DNA of 34,617 bases from an uncultured Alphaproteobacteria bacterium. GTDB lineage: Bacteria; Pseudomonadota; Alphaproteobacteria; Rhizobiales; Beijerinckiaceae. The stretch spans positions 1 to 34,617 of the forward strand of contig CAWUMH010000001.1 of NCBI GenBank assembly GCA_963923565.1, given 5' to 3'. Both the position numbers and the translations under genes were made by a program. Positions 27,940 to 34,617 of this stretch are shown piece by piece. How positions within the stretch are numbered: the first letter of the stretch is position 1; every line of letters starts with the position of its first letter. The notes beneath the pieces are model-generated. The model was not told the origin of the DNA, did not search any database, and worked only from the letters and a program-made list of their open reading frames with translations.

Positions 27940-28674
27940 TTAGTTATTGTTGTTCCGCTGGCCGAACAGAGCGAGCAGGAACTGGAACATGTTCACAAAG
28001 TCGAGATAGAGTGTCAGCGCACCCATCACCGAAGCTTTGCCCATGAGCTCACGATCACCGGCAACATAATCATATTCGTCTTTCAACCGTTGTGTATCCC
28101 AAGCAGTGAGGCCTGCAAAGATTAACAAGCCGAGCACATTGAGGCCGAATTGAAGAGCCGAGCTCTGCAAGAAAATGTTGACGAGCATTGCGATGACAAT
28201 GCCGAACAAGCCCATGACCAAGAACGAGCCGATGGCTGAGAGACTGCGGCGCGTTGTGTAGCCATAAAGCGAGAGCGCACCAAACGCGGCTGCGGTAATC
28301 GCAAAGACTTGAACGACGCTACCCACTTTATAGGCAACGAAGATTGTCGAGAGCGACAAACCCATCACCGCTGAATAAGCGAGGAAGGTGCCCATGAGAG
28401 ATGAGTAGGTCATCTTCTCGAAACGGAATGACATGAACAGTACGAAGCCCAGCGGTGCAAGCATCACCACAAAGGCGAGCGGTGACGTGAGAAGGCTCGC
28501 TGTGACACCAGAGATATAAGTGCCCCAAGCCACAAGCGCTGAAATGCCGAGCGCGAGCGTCATGTAGTTATAGATCCCCAGCATGTAGGACCGGAGACCA
28601 AGGTCATACTCCGCAGCGCCGACTCGCGCGGCGCCTGTAGTCCAAGCGGAGGCGTTGCGATCGTAATTTACCAT
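27940..28674 (-). CDS. Bax inhibitor-1 / YccA / YbhL family membrane protein
   Basis: 244 aa with seven hydrophobic helices. The family-typical C-terminus is DTQRLKDEY...GALTLYLDFVNMFQFLLALFG. An AGAGGGA ribosome-binding site precedes the start. Confidence 0.88.
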   Translation of the reverse strand: MVNYDRNASAWTTGAARVGAAEYDLGLRSYMLGIYNYMTLALGISALVAWGTYISGVTASLLTSPLAFVVMLAPLGFVLFMSFRFEKMTYSSLMGTFLAYSAVMGLSLSTIFVAYKVGSVVQVFAITAAAFGALSLYGYTTRRSLSAIGSFLVMGLFGIVIAMLVNIFLQSSALQFGLNVLGLLIFAGLTAWDTQRLKDEYDYVAGDRELMGKASVMGALTLYLDFVNMFQFLLALFGQRNNNN

Positions 28675-28745
28675 TGTATTTCCCTCTTTCGGTCTGTAGT
28701 TCGCAGCACATTAACTGCGACACGCTAATAATATGCGGTTAATTT
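28675..28745 (-). promoter_or_regulatory. 5' leader of the BI-1/YbhL-family gene with a hairpin; candidate ybhL RNA motif
   Basis: A perfect 6-bp hairpin TCGCAG-N8-CTGCGA at 28701-28720 lies about 27 nt upstream of the ATG. The ybhL cis-regulatory RNA motif was described upstream of this gene family in alphaproteobacteria. I cannot verify the consensus from memory. Confidence 0.3.
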
Positions 28746-28764
28746 TGGCAAAAACAAGGGCGTG

Positions 28765-31296
28765 TTACGGCGCGCGTAAATGCCGCGCCGGCTTTTCATC
28801 AAGCACACGCCATGTACCAATAAGTCCGAGACCGATGGCGAAGACCACAGCGAGCGCCGCTGTCGCGAACGGATCGCCTATTGGCCATGTAAATGCAGTC
28901 CGGAAGGCAAAAGCAACAATCGCCCATGCTGCAAAAAGGCCCGCAATCAATCCAAAAAAGCTCGCTGCAAGACTGATCATGGCAAATTCAGCCAAAAAAG
29001 CCGTGAGAAGACGAAAACGGCTCGCGCCGAGCGTTTTCAAAATAACGGCATCGCGAATGCGCCGTCTTTGGCTCGCACCGACCGCGCCGGCAAGAACTAA
29101 TATACTAGCCAGAATTGTAATTCCCGCGACACCTCGAATGGCCACCGCTAATTGGTCGATCATGGTTCGCACAGATTCGAGTGCTTCACGCACGCGAATC
29201 GCGGAAACCGCCGGAAAAGCTTGAGCCGTGTCGACAAGCAATTGCGCTTCACGTTCCACATTTTGTGAGCCGCTTTCGTCCGTCAATGTCGCGAGATAAC
29301 TAACAGGCGCGCCTTTGAACGTATTGGGTGAAAACACCAGAACGAAATTAATGCCCAGAGATTGCCAATCGACGCGGCGTAGATTGGCGATCTTCGCTTG
29401 AATTGATCGTCCCAAAATATTGACGGTAATCATATCGCCAATTGTAAGATTAAGACCTTTCGCAATATCGGCTTCCAGCGAAACGAGGGGAGGGCCGTCA
29501 TAGGTTTCCGACCACCATTCTCCACTCACGATGCGTGAACCTTCTGGCACAGTCGATGAAAATGTAATCCCGCGATCACCATCAAGAACCCAACGGGCAT
29601 TCTCTTCGGCATTTACGGCTTCTGCGCGGATAGATTTTACTTCTGTGATCCGACCTCTCACCATCGGCACATGCGACACGCGTGTCTCTGGTTGCTTCAG
29701 TTTCATAAATTCATCGAAAGCTGGGAGATCGCGCGCGGGTATATCGACAAAGAAAAAGCTTGGTGCTTTATCGGGCAGACCTGATGATACAAGCTGAACG
29801 AGATTATTTTGCGTGGCGCTAATCGCCACAAGCAAAGTAACGCCAAGGCCAAGCGCCAAAGTCAAAGCGGGCGTGATTGTTCCGCGGCGATAGATATTTC
29901 CCAACGCCAAACGCAATTCAGTGCGCTGCGGATGCGGCGCTTGCCGTGCCCAGCGCATGATCAAAAAAGCGACACCTCGAAGCAAGAAGAAAGCCGCAGC
30001 CATACCCAGCAACACGAAGACGGTAATCAGCTTTTCACGCGCGGCCAGAATGACAATGCCCACCAGAGCGAGTCCGACCATTGCTGTCATCACTTGATAG
30101 CGGCGTTTTATCTTTGCCTGTTCATTGGCGAGATCGTCGCGGAAGAGGATAGCGACCGGAAGGTCATGCGCGCGCCCCAGAATGGGCAGAGCAAATGTTG
30201 CAGCAGTCAGCAAGCCGTATAAGGCCCCAAGCGCGAGCCTATCCGGATAGAGATGAGGCGCGATAGGAAACGGCAAAAGAGTTGAGGCCAAGAGCGAGAC
30301 AAGATAAGGCAGCGATGCGCCAAGGATCAAACCGATACTCGTGCCCAAAGCCGCAAGCGCCATAATTTCTAAAAAGGCGATTTGAAAAATTGTTGATCCG
30401 CTTGCGCCGATCGCTTTGAAAATCGCCATGGTTTTGCGACGCCGATCAAGATAGGCTATCACGGCATTGGCCACGCCTAATCCGCCAATGATCAACGCGG
30501 TTAAACCGATCAGTCCAAGATATTGCGAAAACCGTTCAATGTTCCGCGTGAGTTGCGGTGAGACATTCTTGCGTCCGCGCAATTCAAAGCCCGCCTCCGA
30601 TAAGGCAGGCGTCAATGCGGCATCAATCTCAGCAAGGCGATCGTCGCGTGGATCATCAAGGAGCAGGCGATAAGAGTAGCGGATCAAACTTTCGGGCTTC
30701 AGCAATCCCGTTTTTTCAAAAGCCGCGCGGCTCATGATGACGCGGGGGCCGAGTGTCAGTCCGGCACCAATCCGATCGGGCTCATTTACAAGCACGGCAC
30801 GGAGTTCAACAGTCGCGTCACCAAGCGCCACTTTATCTCCCGTCTTAACACCGAGACGCGCAAACAAAGCCGCATCGGCAGCAATACCAAAGATGCCGTC
30901 TTTTTCATCCGTTATTGATGCCAGAGGCAGCGCGGGATCAAAAACAGGCGGCGCGAGAAGTGGATAGGTTTGATCAACAACTTTGAGATCAACGAGTGCG
31001 GCGGCTTTTGTGGTACGAGCCATACCGCGAAGACTGATGATTTCGGTCGTTCGCCCTTTCGAGTTTATCAACGCTCTTTCGGACGCGTCGGCAGGGCGAT
31101 GCATACGCGAAACGACAAGATCCGCGCCGAGCAAGGTTCGCCCTTCAGAAGCAAGACCGTCGGTCAAGGCGCGCGCGAGTGAATCAACGCCCACAATGGC
31201 TGTGACGCCAAGCGCGATACAGGCAAGAAAAATCCTGAAGCCCGATAGGCCCTGTCGTAAATTACGAAAGGCAAATTTGATGGATGCCGCTGTCAT
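28765..31296 (-). CDS. ybbP: ABC transporter permease, YbbP-like (tandem FtsX-type domains)
   Basis: 843 aa with two FtsX-like 4-TM modules and large extracytoplasmic domains. It lies immediately downstream of the ybbA-like ATPase gene. Confidence 0.85.
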   Translation of the reverse strand: MTAASIKFAFRNLRQGLSGFRIFLACIALGVTAIVGVDSLARALTDGLASEGRTLLGADLVVSRMHRPADASERALINSKGRTTEIISLRGMARTTKAAALVDLKVVDQTYPLLAPPVFDPALPLASITDEKDGIFGIAADAALFARLGVKTGDKVALGDATVELRAVLVNEPDRIGAGLTLGPRVIMSRAAFEKTGLLKPESLIRYSYRLLLDDPRDDRLAEIDAALTPALSEAGFELRGRKNVSPQLTRNIERFSQYLGLIGLTALIIGGLGVANAVIAYLDRRRKTMAIFKAIGASGSTIFQIAFLEIMALAALGTSIGLILGASLPYLVSLLASTLLPFPIAPHLYPDRLALGALYGLLTAATFALPILGRAHDLPVAILFRDDLANEQAKIKRRYQVMTAMVGLALVGIVILAAREKLITVFVLLGMAAAFFLLRGVAFLIMRWARQAPHPQRTELRLALGNIYRRGTITPALTLALGLGVTLLVAISATQNNLVQLVSSGLPDKAPSFFFVDIPARDLPAFDEFMKLKQPETRVSHVPMVRGRITEVKSIRAEAVNAEENARWVLDGDRGITFSSTVPEGSRIVSGEWWSETYDGPPLVSLEADIAKGLNLTIGDMITVNILGRSIQAKIANLRRVDWQSLGINFVLVFSPNTFKGAPVSYLATLTDESGSQNVEREAQLLVDTAQAFPAVSAIRVREALESVRTMIDQLAVAIRGVAGITILASILVLAGAVGASQRRRIRDAVILKTLGASRFRLLTAFLAEFAMISLAASFFGLIAGLFAAWAIVAFAFRTAFTWPIGDPFATAALAVVFAIGLGLIGTWRVLDEKPARHLRAP

Positions 31297-31299
31297 TGT

Positions 31300-31986
31300 T
31301 CAGCGGTCCTTCGCAACGATTTTACCGGAATTGAGATGAATGGTCCGATCGCACCGTGCTGCGAGACGTAAGTCATGCGTCACAAGAATGAGAGTCATAT
31401 TCCGTTCTTGGCGCAAGTTGAAAAGTAGATCGACAATCGTTGCGCCATTTGCCTCATCAAGATTGCCCGTTGGTTCGTCCGCTAGAAGCAAAGTGGGATC
31501 AGGCGCAAGCGCGCGCGCAATCGCCACGCGCTGTTGTTCGCCACCTGATAATTCTGAAGGATAATGTGAAATACGATCTTTTAGCCCGACCGCTTCAAGC
31601 TCACGCTTTGCGCGTGTGTAAGGATCGCTGTGACCGGCGAGTTCAAGCGGCACGGCAACATTTTCAAGCGCTGTCATAGTCTCAATGAGATGAAAAGATT
31701 GAAACACGATGCCGATGTGACGGCCACGGAAGCGTGCAAGTTCGTCTTCGCTCATCCCCTCAATATTTTGACCGGCAATGATGATATGACCGGAACCCGC
31801 TTGCTCCAATCCGGCCATGGCCATGAGCAATGTCGATTTGCCGGAACCGGACGGGCCAACAAGGCCGACAGCTTCCCCTTGCGTGATGGACAGGTCAATG
31901 CCGTTTAAAACATGGACGCGTGACGCATCGCGCCCTAATTCAATATGAAGCGCTTTAACCTCAACCGCCTTGACCTCATTCGTCAT
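31300..31986 (-). CDS. ybbA: ABC transporter ATP-binding protein, YbbA/LolD-like
   Basis: Walker A GPSGSGKST, signature LSGGEQQR and Walker B LLLADEPTGNLD. It is 228 aa. Confidence 0.9.
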   Translation of the reverse strand: MTNEVKAVEVKALHIELGRDASRVHVLNGIDLSITQGEAVGLVGPSGSGKSTLLMAMAGLEQAGSGHIIIAGQNIEGMSEDELARFRGRHIGIVFQSFHLIETMTALENVAVPLELAGHSDPYTRAKRELEAVGLKDRISHYPSELSGGEQQRVAIARALAPDPTLLLADEPTGNLDEANGATIVDLLFNLRQERNMTLILVTHDLRLAARCDRTIHLNSGKIVAKDR

Positions 31987-32004
31987 TCTGCCGATCCTGC
32001 CGCC

Positions 32005-32691
32005 ATGTCATTTACACATTCATCTGTCACTTATGGTGCCTTAACCTCTTTAGCTATGCCTCTTCGTGCGGGACTGATCGTCGCGGCTCTTTTGGGCGTG
32101 CTCAGTTTTGCCTCATTTGCGCGTGCCGACTCACGCCCACTTCAGCTTGTGGCATTCGGCGATAGTCTCACGGCGGGTTATCTGTTGCCGCAAGACAAGG
32201 CTTTGCCGACGGTTCTCGAAAAACTCCTCAAGGATAAAGGCCGCAATGTGACGATCACGAATGCCGGTGTATCGGGTGATACGACGGCAGACGGCCTTGC
32301 GCGGCTTGATTGGAGTATTCCCGAGGGTGTTTCGGGCGTGATCCTCGCGCTTGGAGCGAATGACATGTTGCGCGGACTCGATCCCGCAATCCCGCGCGCG
32401 AATTTGACCGCTATTCTTGATCGCTTAAAGGCACGAGGCATTCCTGTCTTTTTGCTCGGTATGCGCGCGCCCGCAAATTACGGTCCGGCCTATGTGCAGG
32501 CGTTTGATTCACTCTATCCGGATTTGGCAAAGGCCTATTCTACGCCGCTTTATCCCTTCATGCTTGCGGGTGTAGCAGGGCGTGCGGAGCTCTTATTGAG
32601 TGACGGCCTTCATCCCAATGCGACCGGTGTAGAAGAGCTTGCCCGTCAAATTCTGCCCCAGCTCGACGAATTTGTGGCATCGCTGCGCTAG
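32005..32691 (+). CDS. tesA: SGNH/GDSL arylesterase / acyl-CoA thioesterase I-like (secreted)
   Basis: Contains VAFGDSLTAGY (block I Ser), GVSGDTT, LGANDMLRG and SDGLHPN (block V His). The signal peptide is MPLRAGLIVAALLGVLSFASFARA. The start could be ATG 32005 or ATG 32056. The track start at 31945 would overlap the ybbA 5' end. Confidence 0.85.
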   Translation: MSFTHSSVTYGALTSLAMPLRAGLIVAALLGVLSFASFARADSRPLQLVAFGDSLTAGYLLPQDKALPTVLEKLLKDKGRNVTITNAGVSGDTTADGLARLDWSIPEGVSGVILALGANDMLRGLDPAIPRANLTAILDRLKARGIPVFLLGMRAPANYGPAYVQAFDSLYPDLAKAYSTPLYPFMLAGVAGRAELLLSDGLHPNATGVEELARQILPQLDEFVASLR

Positions 32692-32764
32692 TATCTGGTC
32701 ATGACCCTGTCATAGATCTCAAAACAGCGTATCGGATTGCTATAGGCTTCAGGAGTTTCTCTTA

Positions 32765-33826
32765 ATGTCCATGACATATCGCCCGCTCGGCCGCACCGGC
32801 CTGTCCGTGTCTACAATTTGCCTCGGCACGATGACCTATGGCGAGCAGAATACAGAAGCCGATGCCTTCGCGCAGATGGATTATGCGCTGGATCAGGGCG
32901 TGAATTTCTTCGACACCGCCGAGCTCTATGCCATTCCGCCCAAGGCTGAAACGCAAGGCCTTACCGAGACCTATATCGGGAACTGGTTCAAAGCACGTGG
33001 CAACCGCGACAAGGTGATTTTGGCGTCTAAGGTTGCGGGGCGCGATCGTGGCGGCATGACTTGGCTACGCAAAGACGGATCTTCACCCGAGGTGACGAAG
33101 CCGCAGATGATCGAGGCTCTTGAAGGCAGTTTGCGGCGCCTACAAACCGATTGCATCGATCTCTACCAGATCCACTGGCCCGACCGGCCGATGCCTTGGG
33201 GTTCAAATCCGACCATGTTCAGGGCAAAGACCTATGAAGGGTCGGAAAACTCGATGCTCGAAGCGCTCGAGACGCTCCAAAGCTTTGTTAAACAAGGAAA
33301 AATCCGGTTTATTGGGCTTTCGAATGAAAGCTCCTGGGGCACAATGAGTTTTCTCCATCTTGCCGAAAAACATGGGCTACCCCGCGTCGAGACGGTTCAA
33401 AACGCCTATAATCTCCTCAATCGCACCTATGAGACGGGTCTCGCAGAGATTTCCATGCGGGAACAGGTCGGTCTTTTGGCCTTTTCGCCCCTCGCTCAGG
33501 GCTATCTGACCGGAAAATACCTCGACGGCGCCCGTCCGGCGGGCGCACGCTCGACTTTATTCAACCGCGGTCAGCGATACGAAACACCAAATGCCGAACC
33601 GGCTATCCGCGCTTATGTTGATTTAGCGTGCGAAATTGGCTGGAAACCAGAGGAATTAGCCCTCTCCTTTGTCAATTCACGTCCGTTTTTGGGCTCTACG
33701 CTCATTGGGGCCACGACCATGGAGCAGCTCAAGATCAATATTGCTTCAATCAATAAACCGATGACGGAAGAGCTGGAGGCGCGAATCAATGCGATCCATC
33801 ATCGCTATTGCAGTCCCTGTCCGTGA
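32765..33826 (+). CDS. tas: NADP(H)-dependent aldo-keto reductase, Tas-like
   Basis: Contains LGTMTYGEQNTEADAFAQMDYALDQGVNFFDTAELY, ETQGLTETYIGNW, LYQIHWPDR and GLSNES. By my recollection it is close, along its length, to E. coli Tas. It is 353 aa. Confidence 0.9.
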   Translation: MSMTYRPLGRTGLSVSTICLGTMTYGEQNTEADAFAQMDYALDQGVNFFDTAELYAIPPKAETQGLTETYIGNWFKARGNRDKVILASKVAGRDRGGMTWLRKDGSSPEVTKPQMIEALEGSLRRLQTDCIDLYQIHWPDRPMPWGSNPTMFRAKTYEGSENSMLEALETLQSFVKQGKIRFIGLSNESSWGTMSFLHLAEKHGLPRVETVQNAYNLLNRTYETGLAEISMREQVGLLAFSPLAQGYLTGKYLDGARPAGARSTLFNRGQRYETPNAEPAIRAYVDLACEIGWKPEELALSFVNSRPFLGSTLIGATTMEQLKINIASINKPMTEELEARINAIHHRYCSPCP

Positions 33827-34001
33827 GCCGGGTCGCAAAACTGTCATGAATTTGTCTTGGACCACAGTTTATGGATGGACTGGACCGAAATTTTCCGCAT
33901 GATGTCATGTGGGGGAATGCGGAGGCTGGAACATTGACCGTGCCAGCAGCCGAGTCGGGGTCCGATGGGCGGACCTGACAAAATAAAAGAGGGGTATCCT
34001 T

Positions 34002-34617
34002 ATGGTCGACAAGAAAAAGTTGAATTCGACGGTCGCGACGCTCGAAGCGGCGGGCTCGTTCACACGCCGCGTGCTCTTGAAGGGCGCAGTGGCAGCTGGT
34101 GCGGCGGCCGCGGTAGGTCCGTGGTATGTCAGCAATGCGCTCTCGTCCTCGGGGGAGTTGAGTCTCTTGAACTGGGATGACGAGCTTCCCGATCCTGTGA
34201 TTCCGGATTTCGAAAAAGCGACAGGCATCAAGGTTAAGACAACGCCGTTCTCGCAGAACGAAGAGCAGATCAACAAGCTCCAGGCTGCCGGTGGTGATGG
34301 CTTCGATCTTTGCCAGCCGACGCATGACCGTGCTCCGCAATTCAAGGATCTCGCTGTTCTTCAACCGTTCGATGAAAAGAAGCTCTCGCTCGACACCGTT
34401 CTTCCGTCGATGGTCAAGATCTCAGAAGGCTTCTGGCGTTGGGATGGCAAGCTGTATCACGTTCCGCACACCTGGGGTTCGGAAGCCATTTCATGGCGTA
34501 CTGACCTCACCAACATCGAATACAAGACATTGTCTTACGGTTCGCTCTGGAAGGACGAGTACAAGGGCAAGGTGCAGGGTCGTCCGCACTCGCTCCTCCT
34601 CGGCATCGGTCTCTGGA
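34002..34617 (+). CDS. periplasmic polyamine (PotD/PotF-type) ABC substrate-binding protein, 5' part (runs off the window end)
   Basis: Not in the ORF track because it is open at the window edge. The ATG at 34002 is preceded by AAGAGGGG. My translation is MVDKKKLNSTVATLEAAGSFTRRVLLKGAVAAGAAAAVGPWYVSNALSSSGELSLLNWDDELPDPVIPDFEKATGIKVKT.... This has a Tat-like RR signal and then the family-typical LNWDDY..FEK.TGIKV pattern. The track ORFs here on the minus strand are shadows of this gene. Confidence 0.8.
   Translation, partial: MVDKKKLNSTVATLEAAGSFTRRVLLKGAVAAGAAAAVGPWYVSNALSSSGELSLLNWDDELPDPVIPDFEKATGIKVKTTPFSQNEEQINKLQAAGGDGFDLCQPTHDRAPQFKDLAVLQPFDEKKLSLDTVLPSMVKISEGFWRWDGKLYHVPHTWGSEAISWRTDLTNIEYKTLSYGSLWKDEYKGKVQGRPHSLLLGIGLW

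Noticed and set aside
28733-29224. 163-aa and 106-aa plus-strand ORFs antisense to the 3' end of ybbP
   Set aside because: Both are Ala/Arg/Lys-rich shadow ORFs inside a well-supported 843-aa permease gene.
33786-34364. 192-aa and 146-aa minus-strand ORFs and a 71-aa plus-strand ORF at the right edge
   Set aside because: They are shadows of the edge-truncated plus-strand PotD/PotF-like gene starting at 34002. That gene has a strong ribosome-binding site, a Tat-like signal and family-typical sequence.

Overview
This window looks like chromosomal core genome of an alphaproteobacterium, with Hyphomicrobiales/Rhizobiales-type synteny and moderate GC by eye. It is densely packed with about 35 housekeeping genes. 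Several adjacent genes share ATGA or GTGA stop/start overlaps.

Gene order, left to right:
- On the minus strand: a hemY-like 5' fragment, a Mic60/mitofilin-like gene, hemD and hemC.
- Diverging from these on the plus strand: tsaD, gpsA, an EVE-domain gene, acs, manC and a class-I glutamine amidotransferase gene.
- On the minus strand: hpt and a zinc-ribbon membrane protein gene.
- A long plus-strand envelope/division/ribosome array: ftsE, ftsX, a DUF218/YdcF gene, plsC, nadD, rsfS, rlmH, an EnvC-like degenerate LytM gene, ctpA, a yibQ-like gene and rppH.
- On the minus strand: an EamA transporter gene, a YcbB-type L,D-transpeptidase gene and a REC + Fis-HTH response regulator gene.
- On the plus strand: pepF, an ABC1-family kinase gene and a DUF2794 gene.
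- On the minus strand: a BI-1/YbhL-family gene and ybbP-ybbA.
- On the plus strand: tesA-like, tas-like, and the 5' part of a PotD/PotF-type binding-protein gene.

I found no tRNA or rRNA genes, CRISPR arrays, transposases, integrases, phage genes or recognisable defence genes. I cannot honestly point to a clearly novel multi-gene system.

The observations most worth a second look are:
- An orphan response regulator whose receiver lacks the conserved Thr and Lys switch residues, translationally coupled to an L,D-transpeptidase.
- An unexplained 290-bp structured intergenic region whose intrinsic terminator is better oriented for the minus strand, suggesting an sRNA.
- A hairpin-containing leader upstream of the BI-1/YbhL-family gene that may be the alphaproteobacterial ybhL RNA motif.
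- FtsEX lying in the same co-directional array as a catalytically degenerate EnvC-like factor, CtpA and YibQ.

Start codons are my best estimates. Several track ORFs are over-extended upstream.
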